A stretch of DNA of 64,000 nt from Chloroflexota bacterium (lineage in GTDB: Bacteria; Chloroflexota; Limnocylindria; Limnocylindrales; CSP1-4), in NCBI GenBank assembly GCA_046045415.1, contig JBJOLT010000018.1, positions 15,986-79,985 of the forward strand. Reading direction: 5' to 3'. The stretch's first letter is position 1, and each line of letters begins with the position of its first letter. Below, piece after piece: positions 55,877 through 64,000 of this stretch. Below the pieces are notes generated by a model. The model did no database searches, had not been told where the DNA came from, and saw only the letters and a program-made list of their open reading frames with translations. The position numbers and the translations under genes are program-made.

Positions 55877-57061
55877 TCAGCGGCGGACCCGGCGGGTCCG
55901 GAGCGTCGGGAGGACGATCATCCCGGCGGCGAGGCTGACGAGGGCGACGAGCGCGAGCGCGAGACCGCTCTCGGTCGCACCCGCATCCCTCGCGAGGTCG
56001 GTCGGCGGCAGGCTCGCCCGCGGCGGGCTCGTGACGCCGGCGACGGCGCCGTCGGGCGTCGGGGTCGGCCCCGCCGGCGGGTTCGTCGGCGGGCTGGTGG
56101 GCGGACTGGTGGGCGGGTTCGTCGGCGGGTTCGTCGGCGCCCCGCCGACGGTGAACGTCTCGTTCGCCCCGCCGTCCCGCGACGGGTTGTACGGCTCGTT
56201 CCTCGCCGGCTCGTACTCGGCGCGGAAGGTGTAGGTCCCCGCCGGCCGCGTCACGGGCGGCGAGACGACCGTCGCGACGTAGCCGTGCGGCGACTTGTGG
56301 ATCGTCCGCTCCCCGACGAGCGTGCCGCCGGTCGGGCAGGTCGCACCGGTGCAGAGGTAGAAGGAGACGGTCCCCGCCGGGATGCCCGCGTGGGCGTTAC
56401 CGACGACGATCGCGGTGTCGGTCACGGTCCCCCCGATCGCGACGCTCGACGCGGAGACCTGCGTCGTCGTCACGGTCGAGAAGTGGACCTTGAAGTTGTC
56501 GCTCTTCTCGTCGTTCGAGCCGCAGAACCTGAAGGCCGTCGATCCGGGCGCGTAGCCCGGGCAGCTCGTCACCGACGCCGCCGTCGCGATCGTCAGCTTG
56601 TATTCGCCCCCGTTGTTCGTCGTGTCCAGGAACGGGACGAGCTGGATCGTGTAGCCGGTCTCGCCCGGGCAGGCGATGGCGTGAAGCGGATGCGTCCCGC
56701 TCGTCGCGGCGATGAAGCCGTTCGCCCCGACGGTGAAGCCGCGGTTCCCGATGGCGTCGGTCGAGAGGAGCTCGTGCGTGCTCGGGTCGGAGATCTCCCA
56801 GTAGTACGCCCCGGGCGCGAGGTGCGACCCGCCCTGGCAGGGGCCGCCGGTCAGGTGGACGTCGGACTTCAGCGCGTACCCGGTGTTCTCGTTCACCTCC
56901 GTCCCGTCGGCGTTGCTCGTGTAGATCGCGCCGTGCGTCGCGGCGACCGGCGGGGCCGCGCCCGGCAACCCGCTCGCGAGGAGGAGCGAGAGGGCGAACC
57001 CGCCGGCCCAACCGATCGCGCCCCACCGGGACGAGGACCCCGTTTGCCCGTGCGCTCTCAT
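55877..57061 (-). CDS. Secreted, C-terminally membrane-anchored protein with PTNPP/PTSPP-repeat linker (architectural paralogue of the previous gene)
   Basis: ATG at 57061 with GGAGGTGGG 7 nt upstream. Signal peptide, a beta-rich Cys-containing domain, a Pro/Thr repeat linker, a hydrophobic helix and an RTRRVRR tail. Confidence 0.6.
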   Translation of the reverse strand: MRAHGQTGSSSRWGAIGWAGGFALSLLLASGLPGAAPPVAATHGAIYTSNADGTEVNENTGYALKSDVHLTGGPCQGGSHLAPGAYYWEISDPSTHELLSTDAIGNRGFTVGANGFIAATSGTHPLHAIACPGETGYTIQLVPFLDTTNNGGEYKLTIATAASVTSCPGYAPGSTAFRFCGSNDEKSDNFKVHFSTVTTTQVSASSVAIGGTVTDTAIVVGNAHAGIPAGTVSFYLCTGATCPTGGTLVGERTIHKSPHGYVATVVSPPVTRPAGTYTFRAEYEPARNEPYNPSRDGGANETFTVGGAPTNPPTNPPTSPPTSPPTNPPAGPTPTPDGAVAGVTSPPRASLPPTDLARDAGATESGLALALVALVSLAAGMIVLPTLRTRRVRR

Positions 57062-57357
57062 CAGACCCACCTCCGTCTTCATCGCCGGGCCCCCGCCCGG
57101 ACACGACGCGGGCGTTCCGTCTTCGAGCCGAGCGTAGGAGGCCGGCCCGGGCGCCGGAAGGGTCGGAGGGGGTGAAGGGACGGGACCGGTCGGTCCGTTC
57201 GGATCGGGGCGGCGGACGACGGCGATGCGGGTCTCGATGGCCGCGACCCCGGCCGCCGCGACTCGCTACGATGCCCGCGTCCGCCACCACCGCCGATCGC
57301 GCCCCCGGCATGGGGGCGCCGCGCGCTCGGGGGCGCCGACCCGAGGAGCCGCCACGG

Positions 57358-59070
57358 ATGTCCCGAGCCGATCACCCCGCCGCGTCCGCCACGGGCCTCG
57401 CGCCGATCCGGACCGGGGTCCGCGAGGCGGTCGCGGCCGCGTGGGCGAGCGCGGTCGCGGCCGGCGCGGTACCGCCGCTCCCGGACGGCGAGACGGTGGC
57501 CGTCGAGGTCGACCGGCCGGCGAACCCGGCCCATGGCGACTTCGCGACGAACCTCGCGCTCCGCCTCGCGAAGCCGTGCCGCCGCGCCCCGCTCGAGATC
57601 GCGCGGGCGCTCGCGTCGGCGCTCGAGGAGGCGGCTCGCCGGGATCCGGCCCGGTCCGTCGTCGGCTCGGTGGAGGCGGTCGCCCCCGGGTTCGTCAACC
57701 TCCGGCTCTCGGACGCCGTCCTCGAGCGGACGATCGACGCGATCGACGCCGCTCCCGCCGGGTGGGGCCGGCTCGGCACCGATCGCCCCCGCCGCGTGAA
57801 CGTCGAGTTCGTCTCCGCCAACCCGACCGGCCCGCTCCACATCGGGAACGCCCGTGGCGCCTTCGTCGGCGACCTCCTCTGCCGCGTCCTCGACGCGGCC
57901 GGCCACGTCACGACCCGCGAGTACTACTTCAACGACTTCGGCGCCCAGGTCCGGAACCTCGGCGCGTCGGTCTGGGCGCGGGCGACCGGCATCCCGGTGC
58001 CCGAGGACGGCTACCGCGGGGCCTACGTCGCCGATCTCGCCGCCGCCCTTCCGCCCCAGCTCCGGGTCACCGCGGAGGGGGCCGACGACCCGGCGTGGGT
58101 CGTCGGTGCGTGGGCCTCGGAGCAGGTCCGCGCGGGGATCGAGGCGAGCCTCGCGCGGCTCGGCGTCCGCTTCGACGTCTGGAAGACCGAGGGTTCGCTC
58201 CACGAGGAGGGCTGGGTCGAGCGGGCGATCGAGCGGCTCCGGGCGGCCGGCCACGTCTACGAGGAGGAGGGGGCGACCTGGTTCCGCTCCACGGCCTTCG
58301 GCGACGACAAGGACCGGGTCATCCGGAAGTCGAACGGGGACTACACGTACTTCGCCTCGGACATCGGCTACGTCACGGAGAAGTTCAGCCGCGGGTTCGA
58401 CCGGCTCGTCTACATCTGGGGGGCCGATCACCACGGGACGGTGGCCCGCGTGCGGAACGCCGCCGAGGCGATGGGGTACGAGAAGGACCGTGTCGAGATG
58501 CTCCTCGTCGCGTGGGTCCGTTTCGTCCGCGACGGGACCGAGGTCTCGATGTCGAAGCGGAGCGGGGAGTTCATCACGCTCGACGAGCTCCTCGAGGAGG
58601 TCGGCGTCGACGCCGCGCGCTGGTTCTTCGCCTCCCGCGGGACGACGAGCGGCATCGACTTCGACATCGAGCTCGCGAAGACGCAGTCGAACGAGAACCC
58701 CGTCTACTACGTCCAGTACGCCCACGCCCGGGTCGCGTCGATCCTCCGGAAGGCGGCGGAGGCGGGTCTCGCGCCCGCCGCGACGGTCGCCGGGTCGCTC
58801 GGCGGCGGCCCCGAGGCGGCGCTCGCGCGGGCCGTCGCCCGCTTCCCCGAGGTCGTGGAGGACGCCGCGGCCGCGGAGGAGACGCAGGGGATCACGGCCT
58901 ACGCGACCGAGCTCGCGACGACCTTCCACGCCTTCTACCGGGACGCGCGGGTCGTCGATCCCGACGATCCGGAGCGGTCGCGAGCGCGGCTCGCGCTCGT
59001 CGCGGCCGCGAGGACGACCCTGGCGAACGCGCTCGCCCTCCTCGGGATCTCCGCCCCCGAGTCGATGTAG
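57358..59070 (+). CDS. argS: Arginine--tRNA ligase
   Basis: Class-I HIGH motif (PTGPLHIGNARG), KMSK-equivalent MSKRSG, and a DALR anticodon-binding C-terminus. ATG 57358 with GAGGAG 8 nt upstream. Tracked ORF over-extended to 57172. Confidence 0.92.
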   Translation: MSRADHPAASATGLAPIRTGVREAVAAAWASAVAAGAVPPLPDGETVAVEVDRPANPAHGDFATNLALRLAKPCRRAPLEIARALASALEEAARRDPARSVVGSVEAVAPGFVNLRLSDAVLERTIDAIDAAPAGWGRLGTDRPRRVNVEFVSANPTGPLHIGNARGAFVGDLLCRVLDAAGHVTTREYYFNDFGAQVRNLGASVWARATGIPVPEDGYRGAYVADLAAALPPQLRVTAEGADDPAWVVGAWASEQVRAGIEASLARLGVRFDVWKTEGSLHEEGWVERAIERLRAAGHVYEEEGATWFRSTAFGDDKDRVIRKSNGDYTYFASDIGYVTEKFSRGFDRLVYIWGADHHGTVARVRNAAEAMGYEKDRVEMLLVAWVRFVRDGTEVSMSKRSGEFITLDELLEEVGVDAARWFFASRGTTSGIDFDIELAKTQSNENPVYYVQYAHARVASILRKAAEAGLAPAATVAGSLGGGPEAALARAVARFPEVVEDAAAAEETQGITAYATELATTFHAFYRDARVVDPDDPERSRARLALVAAARTTLANALALLGISAPESM

Positions 59071-59382
59071 CCCGCGGCGGCCGGCGTCGGCCCGCACGGC
59101 GAGCGTGGCGCGCCCCGCGGTCGCTCCCGGGAGGTGGCGATTTCTTCACCGTTCGCCCGCTCGTCTTTTCACGCACCGTCCCTATCGTCATGGACGGAAG
59201 ACGCGGCTGTCCCTCCACCCCCCAGGCGCGTCACTCCTCCCTCCCTCGACCGGAGGTGCCGATGGGCCGGCGCCTCCGGTCGTTCTTTCCCCCCGGACGA
59301 TCCCGGCCCCCCACAGCGCCGGGCGCGCCTGGCGCCGCGGAGCGGAGCGCGCCGGACGAGCGGGCTGTGTCAGAATCCGGTC

Positions 59383-60057
59383 ATGGAGCTCACCTGGTAC
59401 GGACGCTCGTGCATCCGCCTCAAGGGGAAGGACGCCGTCGTCGTCGCCGACCCCTATCAGGCCGTGGTCGGCCCGACCGGACGGGGGATCACCGGCGAGA
59501 TCGTCACCTTCAGCCACCCCGACGACACGCCGCTGCCGAAGGCGAAGGGCGTCCCCTCGCGCGACGGCGGCTCACTCCTCCCGACGAGCCTCGAGGAGGC
59601 GTTCGTGCTCGACGGGCCGGGCGAGTACGAGGTCCGGCACATCCTCGTCACCGGCGTCCGGACCTATCGCGACGATGAGCGGGGCGCGCGCCGCGGTCGC
59701 AACCTCGCGTTCGTCTACGAGATCGACAACCTCCACGTCATCCATCTCGGCGACATCGGCCACCTCCTGTCGGAGGAGAAGCTCGGCGAGATCGGCCCCA
59801 TCGACATCGCGTGCGTCCCGATCGGGGGCTCGCTCACGGCGAGCCGGGCGGTCGAGCTGATCGCGCAGCTCGAGCCGAAGATCGTCGTCCCGATCGCGGT
59901 CGACGACGACGAGGCGGCGTTCGACGAGGCGCTCGGCCGCTTCTTCCACGAGATGGGCGCGAGCCGGCCGGCGCTCCAGCCGAAGCTCGCGATGATGCCG
60001 TCCGGGCTCCCGGACGAGGTCACGACCGTCCTGCTCGAGTCGCGCGGCAAGGTCTGA
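59383..60057 (+). CDS. MBL-fold metal-dependent hydrolase (UlaG-like beta-lactamase-fold protein)
   Basis: MELTWYGRSCIRLKGKD...FSHPDD...HLGDIGH pattern of the Lactamase_B_3 family. ATG 59383 after a 312-nt gap. Confidence 0.75.
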   Translation: MELTWYGRSCIRLKGKDAVVVADPYQAVVGPTGRGITGEIVTFSHPDDTPLPKAKGVPSRDGGSLLPTSLEEAFVLDGPGEYEVRHILVTGVRTYRDDERGARRGRNLAFVYEIDNLHVIHLGDIGHLLSEEKLGEIGPIDIACVPIGGSLTASRAVELIAQLEPKIVVPIAVDDDEAAFDEALGRFFHEMGASRPALQPKLAMMPSGLPDEVTTVLLESRGKV

Positions 60058-60102
60058 TCGGCCGCGCGGCGGGCCGCCGGCCCGCTCGCATCCGGTGCCG
60101 GG

Positions 60103-61467
60103 TCAGCCGAGCTCGAGGACGATCCGGCCGCGCTTGACGACGGTCCTGACGAGGTTCGCCCCGGGCCAGTAGGGGAGCTGGCTGGCGGTCGGGACCCGCC
60201 AGACGACGAGGTCCGCCGCCTTGCCCGGCTCGAGCGACCCGATCTCATCGCCGAGCCCGAGCGCGTGCGCCGCGTTCACGGTGACGGCCGCGAGCGTCTC
60301 GGCCGGGCTCATCCGGAGCGAGAGGCAGGCGACGGTCATCGCGAGCGGGAGGCTCGCGGTCGGCGACGTCCCCGGGTTGAAGTCCGTCCCGAGCGCGACC
60401 GGGACGCCCGCGTCGATCAGCCGCCGGGCGGGGGCGACGTGGTCGGTCATGAGGAACCAGGTCGTCGTCGGGAGGAGCGTCGCGACGACCGGACGGCCCG
60501 CGTCCGCCGCTGCCGCGAGCGCGGCGACACCCTCGTCGGAGGGTGCCGCCAGGTGATCGGCGGAGAGCGCGCCGATCTCCGCCGCGAGTTCGGCGCCGCC
60601 GGACGGGGCGAGCTCGTCCGCGTGGAGCCGCGGGACGAGCCCGAGGCGCCGCCCGGCCTCGAGGATCCTCCGGCTCTGGTCGGCGCTGAAGACGCCCGCC
60701 TCGCAGAAGACGTCGCAGAAGCGGGCCCGACCCTGCGCGGCGATCCCGGGGAGCTGCTCCTCGATGACCGCGCGGACGTAGGCCTCCGTGCCGTCGGGGC
60801 GGGAGCGGTACTCGGGCGGGACGGCGTGGGCCCCCAGGAAGGTCGGGAGGACATCGATGGGCCCCTCGGCGCCGAGTCGGTGGGCCGCCTCGACGAGCTT
60901 CAGCTCCGTCGCGAGGTCGAGCCCGTAGCCTGACTTCGCCTCCACCGTCGTCACGCCGTGCGCGAGCATCTCGTCGAGCCACCGGCGCCCGTGCGCGAGC
61001 AGGTCGTCGAGGCTCGCCGCGCGCGTGGCCGAGACCGTCGAGAGGATCCCACCGCCCGCGGCGAGGATCTCGAGATAGCCGGCGCCTCCCTGACGGAGCA
61101 CGAGCTCGCGCTCGCGCGACCCCGCGAAGCAGAGGTGGGTGTGCGGGTCGACGAGGCCCGGGGTGACGAGCCCGCCGCCCGCGTCGAGGCGGGCGAAGCG
61201 CTCGAGCGGGAGTCCCGCTCCCGCGAGCTGCCGCTCCACGTCCTCGCGCCCCCCGACCGCGACGATCCTCCCCTCCCAGGCGGCGACCGCCGGGGCGCCG
61301 GGCGCCTCCGTCCCGCCGGCGTCCGCGGCGCTCAGCGCGCCGATCTCGCCCTGGGACCGGCCGCGGTGGATCCCCCCGGCGAGCGTCGCGACCTCGGCCG
61401 CCCCGACGACGAGGAGCCCCGGCGGCTCGCCGCCGGTCCGGCCCCCCTCGATCACCCGGAGCGTCAC
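60103..61467 (-). CDS. hutI: Imidazolonepropionase
   Basis: Amidohydrolase fold with HutI motifs (GLVDPHTHL, ...LHADEL..., TDFNPG). GTG start at 61467. The N-terminal part of the tracked ORF is junk. Confidence 0.88.
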   Translation of the reverse strand: MTLRVIEGGRTGGEPPGLLVVGAAEVATLAGGIHRGRSQGEIGALSAADAGGTEAPGAPAVAAWEGRIVAVGGREDVERQLAGAGLPLERFARLDAGGGLVTPGLVDPHTHLCFAGSRERELVLRQGGAGYLEILAAGGGILSTVSATRAASLDDLLAHGRRWLDEMLAHGVTTVEAKSGYGLDLATELKLVEAAHRLGAEGPIDVLPTFLGAHAVPPEYRSRPDGTEAYVRAVIEEQLPGIAAQGRARFCDVFCEAGVFSADQSRRILEAGRRLGLVPRLHADELAPSGGAELAAEIGALSADHLAAPSDEGVAALAAAADAGRPVVATLLPTTTWFLMTDHVAPARRLIDAGVPVALGTDFNPGTSPTASLPLAMTVACLSLRMSPAETLAAVTVNAAHALGLGDEIGSLEPGKAADLVVWRVPTASQLPYWPGANLVRTVVKRGRIVLELG

Positions 61468-61474
61468 GGCCCGG

Positions 61475-62437
61475 TCAGCCCCGCCCGGCTGCCGCGAGGC
61501 GGAGCTCGAGCGCCATGAGCGGGTCGAAGTCCCGCAGCCGCAGGTAGGCGGCGGCCGCGGCGAGCCGCGCCTCGACCGGATCGGTCGCGGGGGCGCCCGC
61601 ATGGTCGGCGACCGCGAGGAAGGCGGCGAGCGGCATCAGGCCGATCAGCTCCGACTCGAGCGGCTCCACCCCGGCCTCCCGGGCGGCCGCGACGATCGCC
61701 TCCCAGACGCGCCAGACCGGCGTCACGGTGAAGTCGAGGAGGTTCATGGAGACCTGGGCGACCCCGAGCTCGTCGATCCAGAAGCCCTTCGCCTGGACCC
61801 TGGGGAAGCCGCCGCTCGACTCGCGGATCCCCCGCGCGATCGCGTCCGCGAGCTTCACCTCGCGCGAGGCGAGGTTCACGTTCCAGGCGATGAGGAAGGG
61901 GCGGGCGCCGACCGCGACGGCACCGGCGCGCGGATGGAGCCGCGCGGGGCCGAAGTCGGGCCGCCGCTCCGGGGTGGCGATCTCCTGCCGGAGCCCCTCG
62001 TACTCGCCGCGGCGGACGTCGGCGAGGCGCACGCGGTCCGGCCGGGTCGCGGCCTCGGCGTAGAGGTAGACCGGGAGGCCGAAGCGTTCGGCGACCGTCG
62101 CCCCGAACCGGTTCGCGAGCTCGACGCACTCGGCCATCGTCGTCTCGCCGAGCGGGACGAACGGGACGACGTCGACCGCGCCGATCCGCGGGTGCTCGCC
62201 CGTCTGCGTCGTCATGTCGATCTCGGCGATCGCCCCCTCGACGAGCCGCTCGAGCGCCTCGAGGACGGCCGGCGCCTCGCCGGCGAGCGTCAGGACGCTC
62301 CGGTTGTGGCTCGCGTCGCTCGTCCGGTCCAGCAGGTGGACCCCGGGGACGGACGCGACGGCGGCCGCGAGCCGGTCGACCACCTCGGGGCGGCGACCCT
62401 CGCTCACGTTCGGGACGGACTCGACGAGCTTGGTCAC
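61475..62437 (-). CDS. Glutamate formimidoyltransferase (FtcD N-terminal-domain type)
   Basis: MTKLVESVPNVSEGRR...HPRIGAVDVVPFVP is the formiminotransferase-domain signature. 320 aa. Confidence 0.85.
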   Translation of the reverse strand: MTKLVESVPNVSEGRRPEVVDRLAAAVASVPGVHLLDRTSDASHNRSVLTLAGEAPAVLEALERLVEGAIAEIDMTTQTGEHPRIGAVDVVPFVPLGETTMAECVELANRFGATVAERFGLPVYLYAEAATRPDRVRLADVRRGEYEGLRQEIATPERRPDFGPARLHPRAGAVAVGARPFLIAWNVNLASREVKLADAIARGIRESSGGFPRVQAKGFWIDELGVAQVSMNLLDFTVTPVWRVWEAIVAAAREAGVEPLESELIGLMPLAAFLAVADHAGAPATDPVEARLAAAAAYLRLRDFDPLMALELRLAAAGRG

Positions 62438-62470
62438 CGGACTATCGTGACAGGTGGGCGGGCCGGGTCG

Positions 62471-64000
62471 CTACCCCTCGAGCATCGGGATCCGGACGCC
62501 CCGCTCCCGAGCGACCTCGATCGCCCGCGCGTAGCCGGCGTCGGCGTGCCGGATCACCCCCATCCCCGGGTCGGTCGTGAGAACGCGCTCGAGCTTCTCG
62601 GCGGCGAGCGGCGTCCCGTCGGCGACGACCACCATCCCAGCGTGCTGGCTGTAGCCGATCCCGACGCCGCCACCGTGGTGGAGCGAGACCCACGTCGCGC
62701 CGGACGCGGTCGTCGCGAGGGCGTTGAGGAGCGGCCAGTCGGCGATCGCGTCGGAGCCGTCGGCCATCGCCTCGGTCTCGCGGTTCGGCGAGGCGACCGA
62801 GCCGGAGTCGAGGTGGTCCCGCCCGATGACGATCGGCGCCGAGACCTCGCCGGTCCGGACGAGCTCGTTGAACGCGAGCCCGGCCCGCGCCCGCTCGCCG
62901 TACCCGAGCCAGCAGATCCGCGCCGGGAGGCCCTGGAACGGCACCTTCGCCTCCGCCATCTCGATCCAGCGGCGGAGCCCCGCGTCGTCCGGGAAGAGCT
63001 CGAGGATCGCGCGGTCCGTCCGGAGGATGTCGGCCGGGTCGCCGGAGAGCGCGGCCCACCGGAACGGGCCCCGGCCCTCGCAGAACTGCGGGCGGATGAA
63101 GGCGGGGACGAAGCCCGGGAAGTCGAAGGCGTTCTCGACGCCGGCCTGCTGCGCCTGGGCCCGGATGTTGTTCCCGTAGTCGAAGACGATCGCCCCGGCC
63201 GCCTGCATGTCGAGCATCGCGCGGACGTGGCGGGCCATCCCGGCCATCGAGTGCCGGACGTAGACGTCGGGCTGCGTCGCGCGAAGCGTCAGCGCGTCCG
63301 CGAGGGTGATCTCCCCGGGGACGTAGCCGTTCAGCGCGTCGTGGGCCGACGTCTGGTCGGTGACCGCGTCGAAGCGGACGCCCCGCCGCACGAGCTCGGG
63401 GTGGGTGTCGGCTGCGTTCCCGACGAGCGCGATCGAGAGCGGGAGCCCGGCGTCGGCCGCCTCCCGCGCCCACCGGAGCGCCTCGTCGAGGTCGTGGGTG
63501 AGCCGGTCGACGTAGCCGATCTCGAGCCGCCGGCGCGCCCGCGCCTCGTCGACCTCGACCGCGACGACGACCCCCTCGTTCATCGTCACGGAGAGCGGCT
63601 GGGCGCCGCCCATGCCGCCAAGCCCCGCCGTGAGGACGATCCGCCCGCGGAGCGTCCCGCCGAAGTGCCGGCGGGCGAGTTCGGCGAACGTCTCGTACGT
63701 CCCCTGGAGGATCCCCTGGGTCCCGATGTAGATCCAGGAGCCGGCCGTCATCTGGCCGTACATCGTGAGACCCGCACGCTCCAGCTCGCGGAAGACGTCC
63801 CACGTCGCCCAGCGACCGACGAGGTTCGAATTCGCGATGAGGACGCGCGGCGCCCACCGATGGGTCCGGAAGACGCCGACCGGCTTCCCCGACTGGATGA
63901 GGAGCGTCTCGTCGTCCTCGAGGCGGCGGAGCTCCCGGACGATCGCGTCGAACGCCTCCCAGCTCCGGGCCGCGCGACCCGTGCCGCCGTAGACGACGAG
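62471..64000 (-). CDS. hutU: Urocanate hydratase (partial; 5' end beyond window)
   Basis: [25 protein letters not shown] and downstream HutU blocks. The in-frame protein-like sequence continues upstream of the first tracked M at 63763 to the window edge. Confidence 0.9.
   Translation of the reverse strand, partial: LVVYGGTGRAARSWEAFDAIVRELRRLEDDETLLIQSGKPVGVFRTHRWAPRVLIANSNLVGRWATWDVFRELERAGLTMYGQMTAGSWIYIGTQGILQGTYETFAELARRHFGGTLRGRIVLTAGLGGMGGAQPLSVTMNEGVVVAVEVDEARARRRLEIGYVDRLTHDLDEALRWAREAADAGLPLSIALVGNAADTHPELVRRGVRFDAVTDQTSAHDALNGYVPGEITLADALTLRATQPDVYVRHSMAGMARHVRAMLDMQAAGAIVFDYGNNIRAQAQQAGVENAFDFPGFVPAFIRPQFCEGRGPFRWAALSGDPADILRTDRAILELFPDDAGLRRWIEMAEAKVPFQGLPARICWLGYGERARAGLAFNELVRTGEVSAPIVIGRDHLDSGSVASPNRETEAMADGSDAIADWPLLNALATTASGATWVSLHHGGGVGIGYSQHAGMVVVADGTPLAAEKLERVLTTDPGMGVIRHADAGYARAIEVARERGVRIPMLEG

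Overview
This is a dense, very high-GC (about 73-75%) stretch of bacterial chromosome with Actinobacteria-like features: GGAGG ribosome-binding sites, frequent ATGA/GTGA start-stop overlaps, GTG/TTG starts, and arginine-rich spurious antisense ORFs. I call about 60 protein genes and 2 tRNAs (Thr-CGT and Glu-TTC). I found no IS elements, integrases, prophage genes or CRISPR arrays; the only tandem repeats are coding Pro/Thr linkers. Many six-frame ORFs in the track are antisense or low-complexity artefacts, or over-extended N-termini. I trimmed starts by ORF arithmetic and RBS context, so start codons are less certain than gene identities.

Gene order across the window:
- 1-3.4 kb: a partial GT87-like membrane protein, a PIG-L/LmbE deacetylase and an aldehyde dehydrogenase (ALDH).
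- 3.4-13.7 kb: a nucleoside/queuosine-salvage style island, described below.
- 14-18.5 kb: tRNA-Thr, a PlsY-like::cytochrome P450 fusion gene with an adjacent PlsY-like paralogue, and a second ALDH.
- 19-22.5 kb: a split NHEJ set (LigD polymerase-domain gene and ATP-dependent ligase gene), a serine hydrolase, a DUF4349 protein, a methyltransferase and rplY.
- 25-29 kb: an MprAB/PepD-like response regulator, histidine kinase and HtrA protease.
- 29-32 kb: folB-folP-folC, with a small Cys-containing ORF translationally coupled upstream.
- 32-40 kb: an Ig-like envelope protein, a zinc-ribbon ORF, PknB-like kinase, galU, an EamA transporter, membrane proteins, a chagasin-like inhibitor lipoprotein and tRNA-Glu.
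- 41-49 kb: an alpha-glucan/maltodextrin utilisation locus (two GH13 enzymes, MalEFG-like ABC components, a LacI regulator with a palindromic operator).
- 49-60 kb: FAH-tdh-kbl-PHP-MBL, two secreted C-terminally anchored proteins with Pro/Thr linkers, argS and an MBL hydrolase.
- 60-64 kb: a hut cluster (hutI, a glutamate formiminotransferase, hutU partial at the window edge).

The most unusual content is in two places.
- **Nucleoside/queuosine-salvage island (3.4-13.7 kb).** Minus strand: ribokinase and an Ndt/DNPH1-like protein. Plus strand (divergent): a Qng1/DUF2419 queuosine-salvage protein and an MFS transporter. An ~6.5 kb minus-strand polycistron follows, probably a single operon. It encodes an ECF S-component, a 72-aa membrane protein, two ECF ATPases, EcfT, two uridine-phosphorylase paralogues and a translationally coupled cytochrome P450, behind a 355-nt structured leader. 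I know of no described system with this composition.
- **PlsY-like::P450 fusion (14.1-16.7 kb).** A single ORF joins a degenerate PlsY/DUF205 membrane domain to a P450 domain lacking its usual N-terminus, with a second PlsY-like paralogue coupled upstream.
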